A DNA stretch of 64,000 nucleotides from positions 5,604-69,603 of the forward strand of contig JBFMCF010000083.1 in the NCBI GenBank assembly GCA_040754625.1, in the 5' to 3' direction. The notes beneath the pieces are model-generated. The model did not search any database. It had not been told where the DNA came from and saw only the letters and a program-made list of their open reading frames with translations. Positions within the stretch are counted from its first letter, which is position 1; each line of letters opens with the position of its first letter. The DNA comes from a bacterium (lineage in GTDB: Bacteria; JACRDZ01; JAQUKH01). Both the position numbers and the translations under genes were made by a program. This document shows, in pieces, positions 53,610 through 63,766 of the stretch.

Positions 53610-54800
53610 TTAGTAATATTGCATAACCTTCTTAAAGGTTTCATAAAAAGTATCAATCTCTTCCGTTGTGTTGTAAATCTGGAATGAGATTCTTATTGAA
53701 GCGGGTTTATGTGTTTGATTAAACCATGAATGAACGCAATGGACACCGGCGCGGACCATAATTTTTTTAGCTTCGTCGATTATCTGAGCTAATTGGACAG
53801 AATCAAATTTATTGCATATAAAATTGAAAATATTTCCCCTGGATTTTGCGTCTTTTGGGCCGATTATTTCAATATTTTCCTCAGACATTTTTTGCGTTAA
53901 ATAAATATTTAGCCCGGTTAAATGACTGTGTATTTTTTCAACGCCGATGGATTCAATAAAATTAATTGCCTCCATTGTGCCTATCACCCCAGGGTAATTT
54001 TGAATTCCAGCCTCAAATTTATCGGGCAGGGAAGAGATGACAAAATCATTCATATTAACATCTTCAGCGGTTTCGCCGCCGACAATAAAAGGTGAAAGGT
54101 TTTCCATGAGGTGTTTTTTGCCGTATAAAATTCCGGTGCCGGGCGGGCCAAACATTTTATGAGCTGAAAACGCGAAGAAGTCAACATCCAGTTCCCTCAC
54201 ATCGATTTTTTGATGCGCGACGCTTTGCGCACCGTCTAAAAGAACAAGCGCTCCATTCTGGTGAGCGAGAGAGATTATTTCTTTGACAGGGAAAGTCACC
54301 CCGCTTAGATTTGATGTGTGAAGAACGCTTAATAGTGTGATTTTATTGTTTTCCAGGATTTTTGCAAGTGAGCCAAGATTAAAGGTCAAGTCGTCATTAA
54401 CAGGGACTATTCTGTGAGTAATTTCATTTTTTGCGGCAAGCGCCATCCATGGCAAAAAATTGGAATTATGCTCAATATCGGTTGTAAGCACAATATCATT
54501 TTTTTTGAAAGAAAAACTGCGGCTCAGAAGATTGATTGCTTCGGTTGTATTTTTCGTAAAAATAACTTCATTGATATAACGGGCATTTATAAATTTCTGG
54601 ATTTTCCCCCTGCTTTTTTCATAGATCTCCGTGGTTTTTTGACTGAAAAAATGGCTCCCGCGCTTGTGGCACCCGGAAAAATTGTAGTATTCATTCATAG
54701 CGTCGATTACCTGCCGGGGTTTTAATGTTGTGCATGCACTGTCAAAATATATGACCTTTTCATTATTTAATGCCGGAAATTTACTGCGGATATTGTTCAT
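53610..54800 (-). CDS. Class V aminotransferase / cysteine desulfurase family PLP enzyme (SufS/CsdA-like).
   Basis: FSAHKMFGPPGTGILYGKK (PLP lysine in SAHK). LHTSNLSGV, HQNGALVLLDGAQSVAH. Confidence 0.75.
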   Translation of the reverse strand: MNNIRSKFPALNNEKVIYFDSACTTLKPRQVIDAMNEYYNFSGCHKRGSHFFSQKTTEIYEKSRGKIQKFINARYINEVIFTKNTTEAINLLSRSFSFKKNDIVLTTDIEHNSNFLPWMALAAKNEITHRIVPVNDDLTFNLGSLAKILENNKITLLSVLHTSNLSGVTFPVKEIISLAHQNGALVLLDGAQSVAHQKIDVRELDVDFFAFSAHKMFGPPGTGILYGKKHLMENLSPFIVGGETAEDVNMNDFVISSLPDKFEAGIQNYPGVIGTMEAINFIESIGVEKIHSHLTGLNIYLTQKMSEENIEIIGPKDAKSRGNIFNFICNKFDSVQLAQIIDEAKKIMVRAGVHCVHSWFNQTHKPASIRISFQIYNTTEEIDTFYETFKKVMQYY

Positions 54801-54920
54801 TTTTATACCGGATAATTATATTCGATTTTGGTGGAATTAATTCTAATTATAACACAAATAACTCCGTAAAATTCCAAAAAGAAGAAGATAAAAAGCTGGA
54901 TTTATGATAAAATAAAAAAC

Positions 54921-56459
54921 ATGCTGGCAATTATTCAAAGCAGTACGGTTTTTGGAATAGACAGTTATCTTGTCAGAGTTGAAGTGGATATCGCGGGAGG
55001 ATTGCCCGCCTATTCCACCGTGGGTCTGCCTGATGCGGCGGTAAAAGAAAGCAAGGACAGGGTTAAGGCGGCGATAAAAAATTCTGATTTTGAATTTCCA
55101 AGCAAAAGAATTACAGTTAATCTTTCACCGGCGGACGTGAAGAAAGAAGGGCCTGCGTTTGACCTGCCGGTTGCCATAGGGATACTTGCCGCTACCAACC
55201 AGATAAAATCGGAAAAATTAAAAGAATACGCGGTTGTAGGGGAACTTTCGCTTGACGGAACAGTGCAGAAAATAAACGGCGCCCTGCCTATCGCATTGGG
55301 AGTAAAACGTGAAGGTTTGAAGGGGTTGATTTTACCGTATTTTAATTCAGATGAGGCGGGTGTTGTTGACGGTATTGATGTTATCCCGGTAAAAGACCTT
55401 TTTGAAACCATTAAATTTCTTGAAGGTGAAAAAGAAATTGCGCGTTATAGGGTGAATTTGAATGAAATTTTTGATACTAACAAAAACTATGAATTGGATT
55501 TTTCAGATGTTAAAGGACAGGAACAGGCAAAGAGGGCATTGGAGGTAGCTGCGGCCGGAGGCCATAATGTTATTATGGTAGGCCCCCCGGGTTCGGGAAA
55601 AACCATGCTGGCACAGCGTTTCCCGACGATTTTGCCGGATATCAGTTTAGAAGAAGCATTGGAAACCACCAAGATTCACAGTGTCGCCGGGACCCTGGTT
55701 TCAGGGAAAGGTTTAATCGCTGTCCGGCCATTCAGGTCGCCCCATCACACGGTTTCACATATCGCGCTGACAGGCGGCGGTCAATACCCGAAGCCGGGGG
55801 AGGTAAGCCTGGCGCATCACGGGGTTCTGTTTTTAGATGAGCTCCCGGAGTTTAGCAGGAACGCTTTGGAGGTTTTGCGCCAGCCGCTTGAGGACGGTGT
55901 GGTAACAGTTTCACGCGCGGCCGCGTCATTAACATACCCCGCGAGATTTATGCTGACGGCTGCGATGAATCCTTGTCCCTGTGGCTATTACGGTGACCCC
56001 TTCCATGAATGCCGTTGTTCACCGAACCAGATACACAGATACCGCTCTAAAGTCTCAGGACCGCTCCTTGACAGGATTGACATTCATCTCGACGTCCCCG
56101 CTGTTAAATTTAAGGATATATCAAGCAGGGTTCCCGCTGAAAGCTCGGCGGAAATCAAACTTAGAATAAATAAAGCGCGGGACATACAGGAAAAAAGGTT
56201 CAGAAACAATAAAAAAATTTTTTGCAACAGCCATATGGGGCATAAAGACATCAAAAAATACTGTGAGATAGATGAAATTTCGCTGAATCTTCTAAAAGAT
56301 GCCATCCAGAAAATGGGTTTTTCCGCGCGTGCCTACGACCGCATCCTAAAAGTTTCCCGCACGATTGCCGATTTGGAAGGGTCAGAATCCATTCAACAGC
56401 AACATATCCTGGAGGCTATTCAATACCGGAGCCTGGACAGGGGCGAGAATAAGTTTTGA
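54921..56459 (+). CDS. comM: YifB/ComM family Mg-chelatase-like AAA+ ATPase.
   Basis: [48 protein letters not shown]... Walker [15 protein letters not shown]-terminal ChlI-like region. Confidence 0.9.
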   Translation: MLAIIQSSTVFGIDSYLVRVEVDIAGGLPAYSTVGLPDAAVKESKDRVKAAIKNSDFEFPSKRITVNLSPADVKKEGPAFDLPVAIGILAATNQIKSEKLKEYAVVGELSLDGTVQKINGALPIALGVKREGLKGLILPYFNSDEAGVVDGIDVIPVKDLFETIKFLEGEKEIARYRVNLNEIFDTNKNYELDFSDVKGQEQAKRALEVAAAGGHNVIMVGPPGSGKTMLAQRFPTILPDISLEEALETTKIHSVAGTLVSGKGLIAVRPFRSPHHTVSHIALTGGGQYPKPGEVSLAHHGVLFLDELPEFSRNALEVLRQPLEDGVVTVSRAAASLTYPARFMLTAAMNPCPCGYYGDPFHECRCSPNQIHRYRSKVSGPLLDRIDIHLDVPAVKFKDISSRVPAESSAEIKLRINKARDIQEKRFRNNKKIFCNSHMGHKDIKKYCEIDEISLNLLKDAIQKMGFSARAYDRILKVSRTIADLEGSESIQQQHILEAIQYRSLDRGENKF

Positions 56460-56627
56460 AATGGTGTTTACAATATTGGATTAATTGAAAACATCTTTCC
56501 GGAGAAAATTCAGGCCAAATATTTTTGTTCTCAATGTTTTTCCAAGGTCTTTTAATTCCTTGGAATATTTAGAAGACAACGGCCCCGTGGAACTTTTAGA
56601 TTTATCTTACAGAATGGCAGCACAGGT

Positions 56628-57497
56628 ATGATAAATATTACTAAACGCACGAAAATGAAAATAGAGGATGATTTAAGGGAGTCAGAAGAAAGATTTAGGA
56701 GTGTGGTAGATAATATTGGTATCGGTGTATCGCTCATCGGTCCGGCCATGGAAATATTATCCATGAATAAACAAATGAGAAAATGGTTTCCAGATATCGA
56801 TATTACCAAAAAACCGGTTTGTTACCGGGCTTTTAATAAACCGCCCAGAAAAAATATATGCAATTATTGCCCAACCTGTAAGACATTAAAAGACGGCCGG
56901 GTCCATGAATCAGTTACCGACACACCTGCAGGCGGTAAAATTATTAATTATAGAATAATTTCTTCTGCAATTAAAAATAAAGAAGGAAAGATTATTGCAG
57001 CGATAGAGATAGTAGAAGATATTACCAAGCGCAAAGAGGTGGAAGATGCCCTGAGAAAGTCTAAGGAAGAACTACATAAACAGAAATTGGCTTTGGAACA
57101 GAAAAATCTGGCTCTTAAAGAAATGATAGAGTATATTGAAAGAACGAAAATTGATATGAAAGAAAATATAGCAATTAATGTAAATGAGTTATTGCTGCCA
57201 ATTTTAAAAAAACTTAAAATAAAAGGGGCGTCTTCCAAGTATATTAATTTACTCCAGTATCATTTGGAAAATTTGGTTTCTTCCTTTGGACGTAAGATTA
57301 CGGAAAAAACCACTAAATTAACAGCCCGGGAAATCGAAATTTGTAATATGTTAAAAGGCGGTTTTACAAGCAAAGATGTCTCGGAGCTTTTAAATATTTC
57401 CCGGCAGACAATCGAGAAACACCGTAAAAATATAAGAAGAAAGTTAAACATATCTAACGAAAAGGTTAATTTAATTTCTTTCCTGCAAAGACTCTAA
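56628..57497 (+). CDS. PAS-domain sensor fused to a LuxR/FixJ-type HTH transcriptional regulator.
   Basis: N-terminal PAS-like SEERFRSVVDNIGIGVSLIG. C-terminal LTAREIEICNMLKGGFTSKDVSELLNISRQTIEKHRKNIRRKL. Confidence 0.75.
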   Translation: MINITKRTKMKIEDDLRESEERFRSVVDNIGIGVSLIGPAMEILSMNKQMRKWFPDIDITKKPVCYRAFNKPPRKNICNYCPTCKTLKDGRVHESVTDTPAGGKIINYRIISSAIKNKEGKIIAAIEIVEDITKRKEVEDALRKSKEELHKQKLALEQKNLALKEMIEYIERTKIDMKENIAINVNELLLPILKKLKIKGASSKYINLLQYHLENLVSSFGRKITEKTTKLTAREIEICNMLKGGFTSKDVSELLNISRQTIEKHRKNIRRKLNISNEKVNLISFLQRL

Positions 57498-57638
57498 CCA
57501 AGAGAAAGCTCTTCTATATTATGGGTATTTTTATACCCATTATATAACCATTAAAGCCCTATTGATGTTTTTTGCTTAATAAAATAATATAATACAATTA
57601 TACATATCTTAATTTAGAATCATAAAGGAGGTAAAATT

Positions 57639-57923
57639 ATGGCGAAGAAAATATTTAGCAGAGAGAGAAAAGTGATATTCCACCTTGATGCACCTGACGC
57701 AAACGATGTATTGTTAACAGGTGATTTTAATTCGTGGAATGAAGCCGGCTTAAAAATGAAAAAGAATCAAAACGGGAAATGGAGTGTAGAAGTAAACCTT
57801 GAACCGGGTAAATATGAGTATAAATTTATTGTTGATGGCCGGTGGTGGACAGACCCATTAAATACCGAGACCGTTACAAATTCATTTGGTTCTTTAAATT
57901 CAGTAAAAGAAGTAGAATTCTGA
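57639..57923 (+). CDS. Small CBM48 / AMPK-beta glycogen-binding-domain-like protein.
   Basis: VIFHLDAPDANDVLLTGDFNSWNEAGLKMKKNQNGKWSVEVNLEPGKYEYKFIVDGRWWTDP. Strong Shine-Dalgarno sequence AAAGGAGG. Confidence 0.65.
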   Translation: MAKKIFSRERKVIFHLDAPDANDVLLTGDFNSWNEAGLKMKKNQNGKWSVEVNLEPGKYEYKFIVDGRWWTDPLNTETVTNSFGSLNSVKEVEF

Positions 57924-57957
57924 TTCATTTTACAATTTTCGCCGGGGCAAAGCGACT

Positions 57958-59118
57958 ATGAGAATAGCTATTTTTTCGTGGGAATCTGCTCACTCTATAT
58001 ATATAGGTGGTGTGGCGATTCATGTTACTGAACTTGCGGCCGCCCTGGAGAGAAAGGGCCACGAAGTTCATGTGTTCACGCGAATGGGTAGGTCTAACCA
58101 TTCTCTATATGAGCGCATAGAAGGTGTTCATTATCATAGGTGTCCTTTTGCTTCAAGCCCGGATTTTATAGAAGAAATAAATAACATGTGCCGTTCATTT
58201 GTGGATACATTTTTTCAAACTGAGGATTATATAGGGCATTTTGATATAATCCATGCGCATGATTGGTTGACCACCAATGCGTTGGCCTGGATAAAAATCG
58301 GGAGGCCCCGAAAGTCGGTAATTACCATTCATTCTACTGAATATGGGAGGTGCGGTAATAACTTTTTCGATGGTAATTCAAAAAGAATAAGGCATCTTGA
58401 GTGGTATGGAACATATTGCGCTGATAAAGTTATTGCAGTATCGCAATCTTTAAAAAATGAGATTATGTGGATATACAATGTGCCTGATGGAAAGATTAAT
58501 GTCATATATAATGGTATAAATTGCAGAAATTATGACGGCTGGATAGATGTTGCGTCTGTCCGGAGAAGATATGATATAGGTCCGATGGATCCAATGGTAT
58601 TATTTGTAGGAAGAATGGTGTATCAAAAGGGCATTGACATTTTAATAGAGGCTGTGCCATACATACTTAGATTTTATAATAACGCAAAATTTGTTTTTAT
58701 AGGTGATGGAGGAATGCGCCGGTCCATTGAGGAGAGAGCCCGGCAGTTAGGCGTAAGTTATGCAACCAGATTTCTCGGACATCATAACGGAAACGGCATT
58801 ACAGATATTTATAAAGCTACAGATTGTGTTTGTGTGCCCAGCAGGAATGAACCCTTTGGAATTGTTATTCTTGAAGCATGGAGTGCAGATAAGCCAGTGA
58901 TTGCGAGTGTCCATGGCGGCCCGTCAGAAATAGTATGGCATGATGTTAATGGGTTAAAGATTTATCCAAATGTAGACTCTGTGGCATGGGGTGTAGGAAC
59001 TTTATTTTCCAATTTTGAACATGCGCGGTGGATGGGTAGAAATGGACGTGCCGCAGTTGAAACAGCATTTTCATGGGATGTAATAGTAAATCAGGTGTTG
59101 ACAGTTTATAACAATTAG
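57958..59118 (+). CDS. GT4-family (GT-B) glycosyltransferase.
   Basis: MRIAIFSWESAH...GGVAIHVTELAAALERKGHEVHVFT. EPFGIVILEAWSADKPVIAS (E-x7-E motif). Confidence 0.8.
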   Translation: MRIAIFSWESAHSIYIGGVAIHVTELAAALERKGHEVHVFTRMGRSNHSLYERIEGVHYHRCPFASSPDFIEEINNMCRSFVDTFFQTEDYIGHFDIIHAHDWLTTNALAWIKIGRPRKSVITIHSTEYGRCGNNFFDGNSKRIRHLEWYGTYCADKVIAVSQSLKNEIMWIYNVPDGKINVIYNGINCRNYDGWIDVASVRRRYDIGPMDPMVLFVGRMVYQKGIDILIEAVPYILRFYNNAKFVFIGDGGMRRSIEERARQLGVSYATRFLGHHNGNGITDIYKATDCVCVPSRNEPFGIVILEAWSADKPVIASVHGGPSEIVWHDVNGLKIYPNVDSVAWGVGTLFSNFEHARWMGRNGRAAVETAFSWDVIVNQVLTVYNN

Positions 59119-59149
59119 TGATCATTTCAATTATTGTCAATAAAAATTA

Positions 59150-59218
59150 CAACAACATTATATTCTGGAAGCTATTCAATACCGGAGCCTGGACAGGGGC
59201 GAGAATAAGTTTTGAAAT
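59150..59218 (+). repeat. Direct duplicate of the 3' end of comM (56394-56462). The 48-bp core is identical and the flanks are degenerate, so the two copies bracket a 2.7-kb three-gene module.
   Basis: gctattcaataccggagcctggacaggggcgagaataagttttgaaat is present at 56415-56462 and 59171-59218. Confidence 0.85.
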
Positions 59219-59250
59219 TGAAATAGAGTAACAGGCATATACTAAAAGGC

Positions 59251-60375
59251 TTATATCAAATACCGCTTTGATATATTTTTGTACATTTCTGAAAATCCCC
59301 AATACTTTGTGTGTGCCAGCCCAAATGCGGACCGAAGGTCTAATTTTATGTTTTCGTCCACATCGTAAAAATCCAGGTGCCCGCTGATGGGATCTTTTGG
59401 ATTCCAGAAATTCATCCAATAGACTTTTTTATCGAGAATAGATTGATAAGGATTTTCGATTTCAGTCTCGTCTTTTTTTAAATTGAGGTTTAAGCTTTTG
59501 AAACTGTGGAAATGGGAGAGGATTTGACGCCGGATAAATTCTTCGGGTTTGGTGTGTTCCCGGAAGAAGAAGGCGATCTTATCCAGGGGTGAGCCGAATG
59601 TGACAAAACCTTTTATCTTCCCTGCGTTTGCCTTCATACCGGGGTCAACGTTCATCTGGAGATTTATTCTGTTAAGGCAGTCATAACCTATTACGCTTCC
59701 AAGGGAATGGCCTGCCACGATTATTTGGCCGTATCGTTCGTCTTTAAGAAGAAGCTTGAGATGTTCCACCGCTCCATCCAGGATTTGTTTTCTTATCTCG
59801 AATGTTTTTGATTTGATGTCTGTTGAGGTATAGGCTACCACGTCACCAAGATAGCTGATGAGGACCTGTTTGGCTTCATTCAGGAACAAATTGATGACCG
59901 GATCCAAATAACTTATCCTTGTTATTTTAATAAAAGAAAGTAATCTGAGAAATACGCCCATGTGTCTGAGATACCAATATTTTTCAAATTTTCCGTTTTT
60001 GAAGGCTTTCACCCCCAATTCTTCATATTTGGCAGCCAGTTTGTTGTTTTCTTCGTAGAATTTTCCCGCGCCGTCCGATGTGGTAATCAGCCAGTCGAAT
60101 ATTTCCTGGAGATTTACCCGCCTTTGCGGAATATTGGCCCAATAATGTTCAAAAAAATCAATCGGTGTGCCGCTTTGATCAAGTTTCAGAGATACATAAT
60201 TTTCAATCCAGCCTTTTCTTTTTTCGCATTTATGCAGGCATGTCACCTTGCGAGGCATATTTTCTTTTTCAAGCAACGACCAGAAAGGCCTTACAAAACT
60301 ATCCAGTGTTTCGTAAGGATTTTGTTCGCCGATACCGTGGATTATGAGAAAAGCAGCCGGTTTTTCCGCCCACAT
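59251..60375 (-). CDS. Alpha/beta-hydrolase fold lipase/esterase-like protein (GHSLG nucleophile elbow).
   Basis: IIVAGHSLGSVIGYD. Downstream FVTFGSPLD. No signal peptide evident. Confidence 0.5.
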   Translation of the reverse strand: MWAEKPAAFLIIHGIGEQNPYETLDSFVRPFWSLLEKENMPRKVTCLHKCEKRKGWIENYVSLKLDQSGTPIDFFEHYWANIPQRRVNLQEIFDWLITTSDGAGKFYEENNKLAAKYEELGVKAFKNGKFEKYWYLRHMGVFLRLLSFIKITRISYLDPVINLFLNEAKQVLISYLGDVVAYTSTDIKSKTFEIRKQILDGAVEHLKLLLKDERYGQIIVAGHSLGSVIGYDCLNRINLQMNVDPGMKANAGKIKGFVTFGSPLDKIAFFFREHTKPEEFIRRQILSHFHSFKSLNLNLKKDETEIENPYQSILDKKVYWMNFWNPKDPISGHLDFYDVDENIKLDLRSAFGLAHTKYWGFSEMYKNISKRYLI

Positions 60376-60602
60376 GTTTGCCTCCTATTATCAAATATAA
60401 TAAATTATCTCAATTATATTTCATATCCGGACATTTTTACAAATATTTTTTAGTTTTCGGTTTTTATCCATCCGCACAAAAATTTCTCACCGGCCATATT
60501 TTCTGGTAAAATACAATTAAGTTACATAAATTATTGGCACTTTTTCGGCTCCACTAAAAATTAAAGTAACAGAGCACTGGATAAAACAAAAGAAGAAAGT
60601 TT

Positions 60603-62180
60603 ATGAGAAAATCAAAAATGATTAATATCTCATTTAGTATATTTCTGGTTTTGTTTTTTCTATTTTCACCGCTGTCCGCTGAAATAATTCCTCCGGCTGA
60701 ACTGGATAATACAGTTTTGACTGAAAAAATCCGTAAGGATGTAAAAATGCTTGTTGTTTACAGGGACGGGTTGGTAACGATAATGAATTTCTTAAAAACT
60801 GAGCCGGTTTTTTCATCCGTGAAAAAAGAAGGTTCAAAACAGCGGTCTATGCCGACGCGCGAAGAAAAGGAAGTCCTCTGGAATACATGGAAAAGTTTTC
60901 TGGACTATTATATCGCGCTGGATTCTCTTAAACAATACTACAGTAAATTCAATGATATCAAAGATGACAAGTTAAAAAAAGATTCGTTTTCAATTTTTCA
61001 TTCTGCCTTTATTGTCCAATACCGGTTTGCGCTTGATTTTATCAGTGAGATAGAAAAAAATCCGCATTTTGATACCGTTCTTAATGAACCTGTGGTTGAG
61101 CTGGGTTTACCTGAAAAAACATACGACAATTTTAAATTTGAATTTCTGAATATGATAAAAGCGAGTGAATTTGCCGCTTTGAATATTGTCCGGAAATTTT
61201 ATGGAAAATCTGATATTGATGAAATTATAGAACAAGATAAAAAGAAAATCTGGGACGCGGGGAAAGGGAAAGGAGAGGTTTTAACAATAAAAAACGCATT
61301 TGATGTTATTGGAAAAATTGGTTCTTCAGTTTTTATACCTGTCCAGGAGGGAGTTTCGACATGGATGGGAGATACCCGTGTAAGGCGTAAAGGAGAATCA
61401 CTGATTTCACAGGAACAGATTGCGGGAATGCTTCCTGAACTGCAGCCGGGTGATATCTTGCTTGAAAGGCGGGAATGGTATATATCTAATATAGGATTGC
61501 CCGGATTTTGGACCCACGCTGCGCTTTTTATCGGTTCACCCAAAGATAGAAAAAAATATTTTGAGACCGAGGAAATAAAAAACTGGGTAAAAGAACAGGG
61601 GCAAAAAGACGGAGATTTTGAAGAACTGCTTAAATCAAAATATCCAAAAGCTTATGAATTAAGCCTTAAACAGCAGGAAGAAGGGCATATCCCGCGCGTT
61701 TTGGAAGCTATTGGAGAAGGTGTTTCATTTACAACTCTCGAGCATTCAGGAGCCGCGGATTCATTAGGAGTATTGCGCCCGAAATTGGCTAAAATTGAAA
61801 AAGCGAACGCCTTGTTAAGGGCTTTTCAATATAGCGGCAGGCCGTATGATTTTAATTTTGATTTTTTAACGGACGCGGAACTGGTTTGTTCCGAGCTTAT
61901 TTACAAGGTGTATGAACCCTCAAAAGATTATAATGGTTTAAAACTTCCGCTGGATAAGGTCATAGGCCGCCTGCTTCTTTCCCCGAATGAAATCTGCCGT
62001 ATTTTTGACAATGAATTAAACTCCGGGAATCAGCAGATGGCTTTTGTTTTGTTTCTTGACGGAAATGAAAAACAAGACAAGGCGATAGAAACAGGCGCGG
62101 ACGAATTCAGAAAAAGCTGGAAACGCCCGAAGTGGCATATTATTGTTCAAAAATCAGCAGATGAAAAGCAGGAAAAATAA
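60603..62180 (+). CDS. Secreted protein with a C-terminal permuted papain-like (YiiX/DUF830-like) putative amidase/peptidase domain.
   Basis: Signal peptide MINISFSIFLVLFFLFSPLSA. GDILLERREWYISNIGLPGFWTHAALFIGS (His) precedes ELVCSELIYKVYEP (Cys), the permuted order seen in YiiX-type NlpC/P60-like enzymes. Confidence 0.4.
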   Translation: MRKSKMINISFSIFLVLFFLFSPLSAEIIPPAELDNTVLTEKIRKDVKMLVVYRDGLVTIMNFLKTEPVFSSVKKEGSKQRSMPTREEKEVLWNTWKSFLDYYIALDSLKQYYSKFNDIKDDKLKKDSFSIFHSAFIVQYRFALDFISEIEKNPHFDTVLNEPVVELGLPEKTYDNFKFEFLNMIKASEFAALNIVRKFYGKSDIDEIIEQDKKKIWDAGKGKGEVLTIKNAFDVIGKIGSSVFIPVQEGVSTWMGDTRVRRKGESLISQEQIAGMLPELQPGDILLERREWYISNIGLPGFWTHAALFIGSPKDRKKYFETEEIKNWVKEQGQKDGDFEELLKSKYPKAYELSLKQQEEGHIPRVLEAIGEGVSFTTLEHSGAADSLGVLRPKLAKIEKANALLRAFQYSGRPYDFNFDFLTDAELVCSELIYKVYEPSKDYNGLKLPLDKVIGRLLLSPNEICRIFDNELNSGNQQMAFVLFLDGNEKQDKAIETGADEFRKSWKRPKWHIIVQKSADEKQEK

Positions 62181-62199
62181 AAAACAATATCACCTTACA

Positions 62200-62235
62200 C
62201 TTGACAAAATTGTATTTGTATGTTTTAATTCTCGA
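62200..62235 (+). promoter_or_regulatory. Candidate sigma70 promoter (TTGACA, 17 nt, TTTAAT) upstream of the AbiEi-like gene.
   Basis: cttgacaaaattgtatttgtatgttttaattctcg. Confidence 0.3.
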
Positions 62236-62259
62236 TAGCTACCTAAAGGATGTATACAA

Positions 62260-63045
62260 ATGGCTTCAAAAAATACAATTTTAACGGAAAAACGGTTGAA
62301 AGATATTGAAGATATCATTGCTTTTTCAGGCAGAATTGTCCCTGCCAATGATATTTATAGAAATTTAGGTAAAAAATACTCAAGATTTGCCTTAAAGAAA
62401 AAAATATTTGAATTAAAAGAAAAAGGATGGCTTGTTTCTTTAAAAAGAGGGCTTTATTTTATTACAGATATATCTTCCCGCGGATTTGTAAATATCTCAC
62501 CTTTTGTTATTGCAAATGCTTTTAATAAAAATTCCTATATTTCGTTAGATTCGGCTATGAGTTTCTATGGCCTTTTTGACCAGATGTTACGGACTACTTC
62601 ATCAATAACGACATCCAAATCCAGAAAATATCTGTTTCAAGACAATATATATAATTATCTTAAGATAAATAAACAGTTATACTTCGGTTTTAAAACTGAA
62701 AACTTAGAAGGTTTTTATATTAAAATCGCTGAGTTGGAAAAAGTAATTTTGGATTATCTGTATTTCAAGAATGACACTTATTCAATAGATTTATTGATTG
62801 AAAAACTACAAAAGGTAAAGGATAAACTTGATTTTAAAAAACTATTTACTTGCGCACTAAAATTTCCAGAAGCAACAAAACGGAAATTAGGATTTATTTT
62901 GGATTTGATAAAAGTAGATACTGAGGAGTTACATAAGAGAGTAAAAACAAAAGGTTATAGCAAATTAACTCCCAACTCAAAAAGATTTAACGCAAAATGG
63001 CGTCTCTATTATGAAGATAGATTTACTATCAAGAGCTCAACTTGA
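62260..63045 (+). CDS. AbiEi-family antitoxin-like transcriptional regulator (type IV TA / abortive infection, N-terminal wHTH).
   Basis: IVPANDIYRNLGKKYSRFALKKKIFELKEKGWLVSLKRGLYFI is typical AbiEi_4-like. Overlaps the downstream AbiEii gene by 35 nt. Confidence 0.65.
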   Translation: MASKNTILTEKRLKDIEDIIAFSGRIVPANDIYRNLGKKYSRFALKKKIFELKEKGWLVSLKRGLYFITDISSRGFVNISPFVIANAFNKNSYISLDSAMSFYGLFDQMLRTTSSITTSKSRKYLFQDNIYNYLKINKQLYFGFKTENLEGFYIKIAELEKVILDYLYFKNDTYSIDLLIEKLQKVKDKLDFKKLFTCALKFPEATKRKLGFILDLIKVDTEELHKRVKTKGYSKLTPNSKRFNAKWRLYYEDRFTIKSST

Positions 63046-63766
63046 AATCCTGAACAAACGCGGGCCAAAATATCATTTACAGGATGCTGAAAAAGATTAT
63101 TTTCTTGCGATAATCCTGAATATATTTTATAACTCCGGATTAAAAAATGCTCTTGTATTTAAAGGTGGAACAGCCGTTTATCATTGTTATTTAGAGCAAA
63201 GCCGGTTCTCAAAAGATTTGGATTTTACCTCCAGAGTCAAATTAACCCAGGCGGATTTGGAAAAAGTATTTTCCAGAATCGACATATTTAAATTGAAAGA
63301 TGCAAAAGAGAAAAAATACGGATTGGATTTTTCTATCCAATACCGGGGCGTATTATCCCATCCAGACACAATTGGGATTGATATAAACACCAATCAAAAA
63401 GTTTTGCTTGAACCAAGAATAATGGAGTACAAAAATTATTACGGGGTAAAACTCTCCTGCCTGGTCATGAATGAAAAGGAAATATTTGCAGAGAAACTTC
63501 GTACACTCTCTGACAGGGCAAGGCCAAGGGATCCTTATGATTTAGTGATATTAAAGAAAAATTTTGGGTTTAAAATAAAAGAAGGATTGGCCCTATTGCA
63601 AAAGAAGGAGTTACATAAGCCTTTAGACAAAGAAAGAATCGCGGAAAATTTGAGAATATCGTTAGACAGATTTGAGAATGAAATGCAGGAATTATATTAC
63701 CGTGAATCAGTAACTAAAGAAGAGGTTAAGAAATTGGCTGATGAAATTGTTGAGACGGTAAAATAA
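63011..63766 (+). CDS. AbiEii/AbiGii-family nucleotidyltransferase toxin (DUF1814).
   Basis: ALVFKGGTAVYHCYLEQSRFSKDLDFTS is the hallmark AbiEii NTase motif (GG[ST]A...RFSEDLDF). Confidence 0.85.
   Translation: MKIDLLSRAQLEILNKRGPKYHLQDAEKDYFLAIILNIFYNSGLKNALVFKGGTAVYHCYLEQSRFSKDLDFTSRVKLTQADLEKVFSRIDIFKLKDAKEKKYGLDFSIQYRGVLSHPDTIGIDINTNQKVLLEPRIMEYKNYYGVKLSCLVMNEKEIFAEKLRTLSDRARPRDPYDLVILKKNFGFKIKEGLALLQKKELHKPLDKERIAENLRISLDRFENEMQELYYRESVTKEEVKKLADEIVETVK

Noticed and set aside
59147-59419. 90-aa minus-strand ORF spanning the comM-duplicate repeat.
   Set aside because: It overlaps the 3' end of the lipase-like gene and the repeat. It is low-complexity and has no Shine-Dalgarno sequence.
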